Both the position numbers and the translations under genes were made by a program. Under the pieces are notes generated by a model. It saw nothing but the letters and a program-made list of their open reading frames with translations. It was not told the DNA's origin and searched no databases. This document shows positions 27,351-36,063 of a stretch of 64,000 bases of DNA, in pieces. How positions within the stretch are numbered: the first letter of the stretch is position 1; each line of letters begins with the position of its first letter. The DNA is taken from assembly GCA_028868715.1 (NCBI GenBank), contig JAGWUB010000002.1:8430-72429 (forward strand), given 5' to 3'. The DNA comes from Patescibacteria group bacterium (lineage in GTDB: Bacteria > Patescibacteriota > Minisyncoccia > Phycocordibacterales > UBA9973).

Positions 27351-28538
27351 CTAAATAATATCACATTTAAGCTTTAGATTACCAGTTGCTTTGATAGTAT
27401 CCATTTTAGGTACTTTCTTTTTGTTTTTAATATAATTTAAATACCCAGCAATGCCGATCATCAGTGAATTATCTCCCGTGAGTTCTTTTTGTGGCAGAAG
27501 TAGCTTAATTTTATATTGCTTGGCAAGCTTTTTCATCTCTCTTTGTAGGTGTATGTTGCAAGCCACCCCGCCACCGACGATGATAGTTTTGATTTTATAT
27601 TTCTCAATTGCCTTGGCTGTTTTGTAGATTATTGGTTCAATAGCCGCGTTTTCAAATTCTAGAGCAATTTGCATTTTTGTTTCCTCACTAATCTTGGGTA
27701 ATCCACCAAGGTCTCTAATCAAATAAAGCACCGCGGTTTTCAATCCAGAATAAGAAAATTTAAAATCTTTAGATTTCAGCATTGGGCGGGGAAGAGCGAA
27801 AGAAAAACCAATCTTTTCAGGGTCGCTGTCTCCGCGTGCTCGCGGAGCGCTCCCTCTCGGCTCGACAGCCTGCGAGAGACCCTTCGAAGATTGTTTTTCT
27901 TTTGCTCTTAATTCTTCCGCAAGTTTTGAAATCTGAGGACCGCCTGGGTAGTCCAAGCCTAGCATGCGGGCGACTTTGTCGTAGGCTTCACCGATAGCAT
28001 CGTCTAAGGTTTCACCAATTATTTCATACTGCATCCATTTTTTACTGACGATCAACTGTGTATGTCCACCAGAGACTAAAAGCGAAAGCATAGGTGTTTT
28101 CACTTTTTCAACTTTGAATTTTCCCTTATTAGTTTTTACATTTTTCTTTCCGAACACCGAAAGTATATGCCCCTCCATGTGATTGGTGGGTATCAAAGGC
28201 ACATTCCATTTTTTTGCCAAATCTTTAGCAAATGTAATTCCTTCCCACAGACACATTTCCAAACCGGGGCCGTAAGTCACCGCTACTGCATCTACAGGAG
28301 TCTTTTTTTTACCAAGCTTAGACTCTATCATCACTTGCTCAAATAAAATTGGCAAATTTTTAGCATGTTCTCGCTTGGCGAGGGCAGGGTATACTCCGCC
28401 ATATGGGATATGTTTTGGTATTTGCGAATTGGAAGCATCTGCCAAAATCTTAAAAGAAGCATTTTGAGTGCCTCCACCCACTTCCATTATGGTTATCCCC
28501 GTATCATCGCAAGATGTTTCTATACTTAATATTTTCAT
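27351..28538 (-). CDS. tsaD: tRNA N6-threonylcarbamoyltransferase TsaD with insertion
   Basis: IETSCDDT, NHMEGH, VSGGHT, DDAIGEAYDKVAR, FSYSGLKT, GGGVACN. Confidence 0.96.
   Translation of the reverse strand: MKILSIETSCDDTGITIMEVGGGTQNASFKILADASNSQIPKHIPYGGVYPALAKREHAKNLPILFEQVMIESKLGKKKTPVDAVAVTYGPGLEMCLWEGITFAKDLAKKWNVPLIPTNHMEGHILSVFGKKNVKTNKGKFKVEKVKTPMLSLLVSGGHTQLIVSKKWMQYEIIGETLDDAIGEAYDKVARMLGLDYPGGPQISKLAEELRAKEKQSSKGLSQAVEPRGSAPRARGDSDPEKIGFSFALPRPMLKSKDFKFSYSGLKTAVLYLIRDLGGLPKISEETKMQIALEFENAAIEPIIYKTAKAIEKYKIKTIIVGGGVACNIHLQREMKKLAKQYKIKLLLPQKELTGDNSLMIGIAGYLNYIKNKKKVPKMDTIKATGNLKLKCDII
27792..27909. repeat. GC-rich palindromic element within tsaD
   Basis: Imperfect arms aagagcgaaagaaaaaccaatcttttcagggtc / gacccttcgaagattgtttttcttttgctctt enclosing gctgtc..gacagc and tccgcg-tgct-cgcgga. 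Confidence 0.85.
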
Positions 28539-28623
28539 AAATTGTAGGATGATTATATCCTATTTGTGAGATTTTTTCTAATGAGTTATACTATCGTATT
28601 ATTAGGTATAATAAATACATTTT

Positions 28624-29109
28624 ATGAATACAAAAGAATTTTTTATTAAAACATTGAAAGATGAACAGAAGAAATTTAGAGACGTAATCGAGGCTTTGCC
28701 CGAGGATCAGTTTTCTCACAAGGTTCACGACAGAGCTCGCGAGGCAGGGAATCTAGCAGCTCAGCTTACAGCTCAATGGGAAGCAATTTCTGGAATACTA
28801 ATCAGTGGGGTTCCAGCTTTTAACGCTCATGCAATGAAAGCTAAAACTAGAGCAGAAATGCTTTCAGTTTTTGATACAGGATATAGCTATCTCTTGAAGA
28901 ATGTAGAAAATATTTCTATTGAAGATTGGGAAAATGGCAACGGCGTCCTAGATATGGGCCCAAATGGTAAATGGGAAGACAAAAAATATAATATGTCTTG
29001 GGGTTTTCTTTTTGATGCAATTCATCACCGAGGACAACTCTCTACATACCTTCGTGCGATGGGAGCAAAAGTTCCTTCAATCTACGGCCCTAGCGCAGAT
29101 ACTCAATAA
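28624..29109 (+). CDS. DinB family protein
   Basis: HHRGQLSTYLRAMGAKVPSIYGPS. Confidence 0.88.
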   Translation: MNTKEFFIKTLKDEQKKFRDVIEALPEDQFSHKVHDRAREAGNLAAQLTAQWEAISGILISGVPAFNAHAMKAKTRAEMLSVFDTGYSYLLKNVENISIEDWENGNGVLDMGPNGKWEDKKYNMSWGFLFDAIHHRGQLSTYLRAMGAKVPSIYGPSADTQ

Positions 29110-29121
29110 CTAAATTAATTG

Positions 29122-29193
29122 TGCGCGGTGAGGGGATTGAACCCCCGGCCTACTCTACGTCAAAGAGTCGCTCTACCACTGAGCTAACCGCGC
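29122..29193 (-). tRNA. tRNA-Val(GAC)
   Basis: GCGCGGTTAGCTCAGTGGTAGAGC..ACTCT-TTGACGT-AGAGT..GGTTCAATCC..ACCGCGC-A. Confidence 0.95.
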
Positions 29194-29285
29194 ATGTAGT
29201 GATACTACATTTTTTTGGCAATCCTTTCAAGCCTCAAAATAAAGCCCCCATACGCAACCATTAGCAAGCTCTATAAAAATTAAAT

Positions 29286-30035
29286 TTATGGTGCAAATTT
29301 TTCTAATAGCTTGAGCTCGTCTTTAGTGTTTGGTTGCAGGCCTTCAATCAGGTGAGACACTGGTACTGCTTCTACCTTTTTATTTTGATTACAGGCCAAT
29401 TTGATAAGGTCAGTCAGGTAGTATTCTCCTTGCGCATTTTCATTCTTAAGTTTATCAATATTTTCCCACAGCCAGTCCGCATCAAAGGCATACATTGCCG
29501 GATTTAATTCTTTGATTAATTTTTCTTTTTCTGTGGCATCTTTGAATTCAATTATATCTACAACTTGTTTATCTGGTCCTCGTATTATTCTACCGAAGTG
29601 TCTTAGCCCAGATCTCCACTCTTCAAAATCTGGCACAAGTACTGTAGCTATGGTTATTGTTGGTTTTTTCTCTAGGTGTTTAGAAATTATACGCTCCATG
29701 GTTTCTTTGGAAATAGTTGGTTGATCAGTGGAGATAACCAATATTGTTTTATGAGCTTTGTGTACTGAACTCTTGGCTGACTTTACAGCGTGTCCAGTAC
29801 CGAGCTGTAGAGCTTGTTCAACGTAAATATGATCGCTGCCAAGCACTTCCTTTATTCTTTCTTTTTTATGACCAACGACAATTACGGGTTTAATAGTTAA
29901 ATTTAAACTTGAAACTGCATCCAGGACGTGTTGCAAAAATGGACGCCCCCTAAACATAGCAAGCGCCTTTGGGTCATCAGAATTCATGCGCTTACTTTTT
30001 CCTCCAGCTAAAATTATAATTTGAACATTTTTCAT
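29286..30035 (-). CDS. GlmU-like nucleotidyltransferase domain only
   Basis: ILAGGKSKRM, QLGTGHAV, GRIIR, NAQGEYYLTD; no hexapeptide-repeat acetyltransferase domain. Confidence 0.85.
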   Translation of the reverse strand: MKNVQIIILAGGKSKRMNSDDPKALAMFRGRPFLQHVLDAVSSLNLTIKPVIVVGHKKERIKEVLGSDHIYVEQALQLGTGHAVKSAKSSVHKAHKTILVISTDQPTISKETMERIISKHLEKKPTITIATVLVPDFEEWRSGLRHFGRIIRGPDKQVVDIIEFKDATEKEKLIKELNPAMYAFDADWLWENIDKLKNENAQGEYYLTDLIKLACNQNKKVEAVPVSHLIEGLQPNTKDELKLLEKFAP

Positions 30036-30050
30036 TAATCAAGATTAACA

Positions 30051-30638
30051 TTAACTTTCCCTTTTTTCAATTTCCTTTAGAATTTTCGGAATTTTTTTAA
30101 AGTCTAATATTAAAATTTCTCGCATTGAGCCATCATATAGTGCTGCAGCCGGATGATAAAGAGGTAAGAAATATTTGGTAGACATACCTTTAAATGGCTT
30201 TATCAATAGTTTTCCATGCGCATTTGAAATTTGCAGATCAGGGAAAAAATTATTCATTGCGTGGCGACCGAGAAAAATTATGAGTGCGGGCGAAATTATT
30301 TTTAATTCATCCAAAAGCCATTGTCGGCATGCTGATTTTTCTTCGGGCAGGGGATCACGATTGTTCGGTGGGCGATATTTTACGATATTAGTGATATAGA
30401 TGTCATCCCTTTTGAGATTAATTGTGGATAGCATTTCGTCTAGAAATTTTCCAGCGGCACCGACAAATGGCCGGCCAAGTTCATCTTCTTTTTTGCCTGG
30501 GGCTTCGCCAATAAACATAATTTGGGCAGTGGCACTGCCAAAGCCCGGTACTGCTTGAGTAGCTACTTTCTTTAAGTCACATTCACATTCCTGTATCCAT
30601 TTTTTATGGAGATTTTCTAGTTTTTGTTCCTTATCCAT
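30051..30638 (-). CDS. uracil-DNA glycosylase family 4
   Basis: GEAPG..ED..GRPFVG.AG, RPPNNRDP, YHPAA. Confidence 0.92.
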   Translation of the reverse strand: MDKEQKLENLHKKWIQECECDLKKVATQAVPGFGSATAQIMFIGEAPGKKEDELGRPFVGAAGKFLDEMLSTINLKRDDIYITNIVKYRPPNNRDPLPEEKSACRQWLLDELKIISPALIIFLGRHAMNNFFPDLQISNAHGKLLIKPFKGMSTKYFLPLYHPAAALYDGSMREILILDFKKIPKILKEIEKRES

Positions 30639-30667
30639 TGTTTACAATATATCAGCATAATTTGGAA

Positions 30668-31360
30668 TTACAAACCTTTTATAAATTTTTCTGCAGACTT
30701 TATATCTTCCTGGCAATTTACGGTTTCCCAAAATTTAAAGGTAAATGCTCGAAGGGGATATGTATCAAGATTTTCAAACAGTGTATGGGGTAGCCCTAGC
30801 TCGCCATCTCTGGTGGAGATAGGTAGAAAATCAAAAACTCTGTTATCAAAAATACCAAATCCATTAAAAAATACATCTTCAACATATTTTTCTGCGGTAT
30901 CGTGTCTTGTAAACCCTAAAATATTTTCATTTTCAATTTCAATTCCCAAATAACCCTTCGGCATAATTTTTATTGAGACACCTAACCCGATTGATTTCTT
31001 TTGTATGGCGTTTCTAATTTCAGATTCCATTAATAGATCATCGCCATTGCAGATACAAAAAAGCTCACCTTTTTTTATTAGGTCTTTGCAAGTCATTAGA
31101 GCATCCATGGTACCTTTTTGTTCTTTTTGGATTCGATAAAATACATTATGACCCCGATAATTTTCTTTAAAATACTTTTTGATTTGCATACCGAGCTGGT
31201 CATTTACCACAAAGATGACGTCAGTTACATTTTCTAAATAAGGCTCCACAACGTGTTTCAATAGTGGTTCACCTAAAATCGGAATCATTCCTTTGGGTAT
31301 TTTGTTTGTTGCTGGCAAGAACCTAGTTCCATTACCAGCTGCTAGGATTATGAGTTTCAT
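30668..31360 (-). CDS. sugar-phosphate nucleotidyltransferase
   Basis: ILAAGNGTRFLP...PK, KGTMDAL, NGDD. Confidence 0.85.
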   Translation of the reverse strand: MKLIILAAGNGTRFLPATNKIPKGMIPILGEPLLKHVVEPYLENVTDVIFVVNDQLGMQIKKYFKENYRGHNVFYRIQKEQKGTMDALMTCKDLIKKGELFCICNGDDLLMESEIRNAIQKKSIGLGVSIKIMPKGYLGIEIENENILGFTRHDTAEKYVEDVFFNGFGIFDNRVFDFLPISTRDGELGLPHTLFENLDTYPLRAFTFKFWETVNCQEDIKSAEKFIKGL

Positions 31361-31457
31361 TTGTGGCTAAGTATACAGAATTTAACTTACTTTTTCAATT
31401 GTGATTAAAGATGTGCTATAATGGACGGATTAAAAGTTAGATAATTAAAATTAATTT

Positions 31458-31901
31458 ATGAAAAAAAATTCAATAATTATAATCGTAGTGGTTTTACTAG
31501 CTGTTGTCGTAATGTTTTTTGTTTTAAAAGGTTCTGGTAAAAAGGAAGAAAATAATTTAACAGCTCCAATAACTCAAAACAGCACTGGAGCTCAGCTGTT
31601 TTCTAGTTCACCCATGGCGCAATATGCTTACCTTATTTCTGGTCCTACTCTGGATTCGAAAGCGGAGGAAGCAACAATGGGTTTTACAATTACAAAAAAA
31701 GCTTTGCCAGATGGTTCAATGCAAATTACTCTTAACTCTCAAAACGCAGAATACAAGACTCAAACTTATACCGTAAAGGCAGGGGAGAAGCTTTACTTTG
31801 TAGAGAAATTCCTTGCGGATGATAGTGAAAATGCTGACAAAAATCTCAAAGATGATACCGCTATCCTCGTAGATGCGAACGGTTATATCGTTGCTCAATA
31901 A
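31458..31901 (+). CDS. membrane-anchored exported protein
   Basis: N-terminal K-rich/hydrophobic anchor followed by a soluble domain. Confidence 0.7.
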   Translation: MKKNSIIIIVVVLLAVVVMFFVLKGSGKKEENNLTAPITQNSTGAQLFSSSPMAQYAYLISGPTLDSKAEEATMGFTITKKALPDGSMQITLNSQNAEYKTQTYTVKAGEKLYFVEKFLADDSENADKNLKDDTAILVDANGYIVAQ

Positions 31902-31970
31902 GAAATAAATTAACTACACCATTGACAATAGCATGTAATAATGTTATTAATTTGCTTGGAGGTAGTAATT

Positions 31971-32273
31971 ATGAAACCAACAAGAGATAGTGTGTTGAGT
32001 TTTATAAGCGATTGGTCGGGTAACTCGGTGGAAAGTCTATTACAGAAGGAACAAAATCCATTGGGGACTGCACTTGAGGAGATTTGCACAATGTGCTGTT
32101 TAGAGTTTTCTAGAACTTTCGTTGTGATGAATCCAAAAACATTTACTCTCGGTGAATTGATAAATCAATTGATCGACGATGAGTACTACAGTAGTGCTCA
32201 GCGGTACCGAGAACTCGTTGAAATGGCCAGGTTGGCCGAGGAGAAAGAAATCGAGGAATCATTATGGGTATGA
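31971..32273 (+). CDS. orphan hypothetical protein
   Basis: TTGACA at 31922; GGAGGT SD before ATG 31971. Confidence 0.6.
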   Translation: MKPTRDSVLSFISDWSGNSVESLLQKEQNPLGTALEEICTMCCLEFSRTFVVMNPKTFTLGELINQLIDDEYYSSAQRYRELVEMARLAEEKEIEESLWV

Positions 32274-32494
32274 TAACAAATGATATTGCGGAGCAAGCGG
32301 CTTCGCAAGAGCAGCGTGTTGAGCTCTCACCGCAGGGTGAAGAGTCGGCGCTAGACATTGACCCTTATCTTCTCATCGTTTCCAAAAACGATGAGGAAGA
32401 CTCGTCCTTAGCTATTGCCCAAAGGGCAGCCTTCAAGGCGCGAGGAGGATATAGACCTCGTGGACGCCACGGCCGCAGCGGAGCAATAATTTGA
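32264..32494 (+). CDS. orphan hypothetical protein (acidic N-terminus, R/G-rich C-terminus)
   Basis: GAGGA SD, overlaps upstream ORF, followed by terminator. Confidence 0.5.
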   Translation: MGMITNDIAEQAASQEQRVELSPQGEESALDIDPYLLIVSKNDEEDSSLAIAQRAAFKARGGYRPRGRHGRSGAII

Positions 32495-32512
32495 AATAGT
32501 GATCATCTAAAG

Positions 32513-32542
32513 AAAGCCGGCACCTGGAGGACGCCGGCTTTT
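32513..32542. terminator. bidirectional terminator
   Basis: aaagccggc...gccggctttt. Confidence 0.75.
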
Positions 32543-32547
32543 ATAAT

Positions 32548-32901
32548 TTATATGTGACCCATATGGGTATCTTTAAAACCAGTGTCAAATTTTAGACCAT
32601 AGCCAAGTACTCTATCCATGCTTATATGTGCTATCCAGATAATTAAAATTGGTAAAGTTATGTAAATATGAAATACCAAGAAAATGATGAGCAATAAGAA
32701 AGGGGCGACATAAGTATGTCCAATATTATAAATTAAAGCTCCAATTTTTGAGTCTTTGAAATATCCAATCATAAATAAATCAGGAGTAAAGATAAGTATA
32801 AAAAATAGCCACCAGCTTACACCTATAATTGAGTAAGCCCATATGGCTGTGACCAGAAAGACAAAAGCCTCCAATTTTAATATAAGCGTTATTTTTTTCA
32901 T
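32548..32901 (-). CDS. DUF4260 family membrane protein
   Basis: PDLFMIGY, YNIGH, WIAHISMDRVLGYGLK, FKDTHMG. Confidence 0.85.
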   Translation of the reverse strand: MKKITLILKLEAFVFLVTAIWAYSIIGVSWWLFFILIFTPDLFMIGYFKDSKIGALIYNIGHTYVAPFLLLIIFLVFHIYITLPILIIWIAHISMDRVLGYGLKFDTGFKDTHMGHI

Positions 32902-32929
32902 TTACATTTTTTATTGTAACACAAATCTG

Positions 32930-33001
32930 TGACCCCACAGAGAATCGAACTCTGATTACCGCCTTGAAAAGGCGATGTCCTAACCGTTAGACGATGGGGC
33001 C
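32930..33001 (-). tRNA. tRNA-Glu(TTC)
   Basis: GGCCCCATCGTCTAACGGTTAGGAC..TCGCC-TTTTCAA-GGCGG..GTTCGATTC..TGGGGTC-A. Confidence 0.95.
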
Positions 33002-33046
33002 ATAATTATTTATTTGCCAATGAAACTTACACTTTCTTTAACCTGT

Positions 33047-33100
33047 GCCTTCTAAAAAGGCGATGTCCACTATATTCTAACTTGGTTAGACGATGGTGCC
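33047..33100 (-). pseudogene. degenerate 5' half of tRNA-Glu
   Basis: aaaaggcgatgtcc and gttagacgatgg.gccat shared with the adjacent tRNA-Glu; no T-arm. Confidence 0.7.
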
Positions 33101-33163
33101 ATTAACATAATGTATATTATATTATTTTTGAGAAAATCGCAAAAAGTGTTAGATTAAAGGCGA

Positions 33164-33250
33164 GGAGACGTGGCTGAGTGGTTGAAGGCACCAGTTTCGA
33201 AAACTGGCATCGGGGCAACTCGATCGTGAGTTCAAATCTCACCGTCTCCG
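33164..33250 (+). tRNA. tRNA-Ser(CGA)
   Basis: GGAGACGTGGCTGAGTGG..CCAGT-TTCGAAA-ACTGG, long variable arm, GTTCAAATC..CGTCTCC-G. Confidence 0.95.
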
Positions 33251-33316
33251 CATTGACTTGCAAAATTGCTACAGGGTATAATTGTATATTATAAAGTTTT
33301 TTAATTAAATAAATTT

Positions 33317-33763
33317 ATGAATACTAAAAATCTTATTATATCTATAGTTGTTATTTTGGTTGTAGTCTTAGGTTTCTATATTATTATGCGTAAAAATTCA
33401 GAGGCTCCAATGCCATACTCAACTTATGGCACTACCACTCCTTCGGTAGATAATTCTGTATCAAATAACACAACCCCTAAACCCGCCACAACGACTCCAG
33501 CAATCAAACCAGTTAGTCATAACGTAACTATTCAGAATATGGCTTTCAGTCCATCTTCTTTAACTATAAAAAAAGGGGAAATGGTAGTATGGACTAATAA
33601 GGATTCTGTCCCTCATACAGTAGTTGCAAACGATGGAGGATCAAAAAGTTCCACGTTAAATCCTGGGCAATCTTATGCTTTCACATTCAATAATGCTGGA
33701 AGTTTTGCCTATCACTGCGGTATCCATCCTTCTATGAAGGGTACAGTTGTGATTACTCAATAA
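33317..33763 (+). CDS. membrane-anchored cupredoxin (plastocyanin/amicyanin-like)
   Basis: AFSPSSLTI, N.DSVPHTV, YHCGIHPSMKG copper ligands. Confidence 0.9.
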   Translation: MNTKNLIISIVVILVVVLGFYIIMRKNSEAPMPYSTYGTTTPSVDNSVSNNTTPKPATTTPAIKPVSHNVTIQNMAFSPSSLTIKKGEMVVWTNKDSVPHTVVANDGGSKSSTLNPGQSYAFTFNNAGSFAYHCGIHPSMKGTVVITQ

Positions 33764-33768
33764 AAAAA

Positions 33769-34698
33769 TTATTTAGTGTGTAAAAAAAGATAAATATCTT
33801 CTAGCGCACGGACAGCATCGCCAGCAGCGATGTTGTTTTGATGATAGAGGACGTCGGTGCAATCTCCAGCTGCCCAAACTCCAGAAACTTCAGTTTTTTG
33901 ATTTAATGGATTTATTTTTACGCGTCCGATTTGATCCAGAGGAATCAAAGCTTTTGCAAAATCAGTATTTGGAATTTGTCCCACCTCTACGAAAATACCC
34001 GATACTTTCAGCTCTTTTTGCTCGCCGGTAACTTTATCTTTATAAACCAAACCATCCACAAACTTGTCTCCTTGTATTTCCAAAATATCTACATTTTTGA
34101 TTGCTTTCATTTTTGGATTTTTCAAAACCTTCTCCACCGTAATTTCATCGGCGCGAAAATCTCCTCGAGCAAGCAAAGTCACTGATTTACAGTAGGCGAG
34201 TAGTTGGGCCGCAGTTTCAAATCCAGCATTACCTCCACCGACTACAGCTACATCCATATCTGAGAATAATGGTCCATCACATGAGGCGCAGTAGGTGAGT
34301 CCTTTATGCTCTAGTTGGTCGGCATTTTTGGCTTCTAATTTTCTGCGTCCACTACCACTAGCTATTAAAATTGTTTTTGTTAAAAATTTTTCTCCTGATT
34401 CGCTAGCAACTTCAAAAATGTCCCCATTCTTGGATATGGCAATTGCTTTTTCACCTTCTTTTATTTCCAAGGTTTGACCCTCGCCAGTATTCGCCAGCAC
34501 ATGGGCTTTGAAATTTGCGGCTAAATCGTTCCCAGACAGCGTTGTAGTCCCAATCCAGTTGCTAATTTGTTCTGAGACAATAGATTGTCCACCCCATTCG
34601 TGTATTAGCATAAGGGTTTGCAGTCTTTTGCGCGCAGCGTAAACCGCCGCCGCTGTTCCAGCAGGTCCACCACCAATAATAATTAAATCGTAAGTCAT
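33769..34698 (-). CDS. trxB: thioredoxin reductase/AhpF-like oxidoreductase
   Basis: GGGPAG, YCASCDG, GGGNAG, AAGD. Confidence 0.88.
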   Translation of the reverse strand: MTYDLIIIGGGPAGTAAAVYAARKRLQTLMLIHEWGGQSIVSEQISNWIGTTTLSGNDLAANFKAHVLANTGEGQTLEIKEGEKAIAISKNGDIFEVASESGEKFLTKTILIASGSGRRKLEAKNADQLEHKGLTYCASCDGPLFSDMDVAVVGGGNAGFETAAQLLAYCKSVTLLARGDFRADEITVEKVLKNPKMKAIKNVDILEIQGDKFVDGLVYKDKVTGEQKELKVSGIFVEVGQIPNTDFAKALIPLDQIGRVKINPLNQKTEVSGVWAAGDCTDVLYHQNNIAAGDAVRALEDIYLFLHTK

Positions 34699-34732
34699 AC
34701 CTTACATTATACACTAGGAGTCAAGTTTTTTC

Positions 34733-35914
34733 CTATTTCTTTCTGCGGAGAAATGCTGGAACAGCGCTCCAGTCATCAGCGTCATCATCTATAATGATAT
34801 CTTCTTGAACGTTTGTTTTTCTTACAAAATCATTGTTTGGTTTAGTTGTGGCTTGGATAGTGTTATTTACTTCTTTTTTAATCACGGCTGGAGTTTCATC
34901 TTTTACAAAAGTTTGACTCGTCAGACCGATGCCACCAAAAAGACTTTTCTTTGGCATGTCGGTAGGGAAGCTGGTAGCAATGACGGTAACTTTCAATTCT
35001 CCTTTCTTTAGTTTTTCATCGCGAATAGTACCAAAGATTACTTTAGCATCTTTATCGATTGATTCAGTGATTATCTTTGCTGCTTCTTGGATTTCTTGGA
35101 TTGTTAGGTCATCTCCACCAGAGATAGCAAAGAGAACTCCCTTAGCACCATGGATTGAAATTTCAAGGAGAGGGGAATTGATAGCCGCCACAGCTGCTTT
35201 TTCGGCACGTTTATCGCCGGAAGCAGTACCGATACCCATGAGGGCACTACCAGCGTCAGACATGACAGCTTTAATATCTGCGAAGTCAACATTTATGATT
35301 CCAGGGGTAGTAATCAGATCTGAAATGCCTTCCACGGCCTGACGTAAAATGTCATCGCAACTAGCGAAAGCATCTTTAAAATTAGTACTTTGATCAGCCA
35401 ATTGAAGCAGTTTATCGTTTGGAATTATAATAATTGCATCTACCTCTTTAGATAGTTCCTCAATACCTTTTTCAGCTATTTTCATTCGATGATTTCCTTC
35501 AAAGAAAAAAGGTTTGGTAGTGACAGCAACAGTGAGGATACCTTGCTCTCTGGCTGCACGTGCGACTATAGGAGCTGCACCAGTACCAGTACCTCCTCCC
35601 ATTCCACAGGCAATGAAAATCATGTCTGCTCCCTTGATCACATCTTGAATTTCTGATTTGGTTTCTTCCGCTGCTTTTTTACCAATCTCTGGATCCATTC
35701 CAGCACCGAGACCTTTGGTAAGATTTTTTCCGATATGTATTTTTTTCTCTGCGAGTGAGTGGTGTAGGTCTTGTGTGTCAGTATTCATGCAGATAAAGGT
35801 AATGCCTTTAACCTTGGAATTAATCATATGGTTAACAGCATTTTTACCTGATCCGCCTATTCCGACGACCATTATACGAGCAAAACTCTCTATTTCTTGG
35901 TTTATTTTTGGCAT
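34733..35914 (-). CDS. ftsZ: cell division protein FtsZ
   Basis: [17 protein letters not shown]-terminal VPAFLRR. Confidence 0.98.
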   Translation of the reverse strand: MPKINQEIESFARIMVVGIGGSGKNAVNHMINSKVKGITFICMNTDTQDLHHSLAEKKIHIGKNLTKGLGAGMDPEIGKKAAEETKSEIQDVIKGADMIFIACGMGGGTGTGAAPIVARAAREQGILTVAVTTKPFFFEGNHRMKIAEKGIEELSKEVDAIIIIPNDKLLQLADQSTNFKDAFASCDDILRQAVEGISDLITTPGIINVDFADIKAVMSDAGSALMGIGTASGDKRAEKAAVAAINSPLLEISIHGAKGVLFAISGGDDLTIQEIQEAAKIITESIDKDAKVIFGTIRDEKLKKGELKVTVIATSFPTDMPKKSLFGGIGLTSQTFVKDETPAVIKKEVNNTIQATTKPNNDFVRKTNVQEDIIIDDDADDWSAVPAFLRRKK

Positions 35915-35936
35915 AATTTTACTTAATTAACGATTT

Positions 35937-36034
35937 GGTTTATATATGGATGACCATATAACAACGGCACTCGGATATAAAGCAAGTAAACTTGACTCAT
36001 ACTCCTCGCTTGTTGTTATAAAACCATACTACCA
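35937..36034 (-). promoter_or_regulatory. ftsZ promoter and structured 5' leader (candidate)
   Basis: TGG-TAGTAT extended -10; stems tataacaac/gttgttata, tatatgg/ccatata, caagt/acttg. Confidence 0.45.
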
Positions 36035-36063
36035 CTAGGGCAAAAAAAAGCAAACTCTCATAC

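Noticed and set aside
18934-33250. None of the six tRNA genes encodes CCA
   Set aside because: Common in bacteria that have a CCA-adding enzyme; not distinctive
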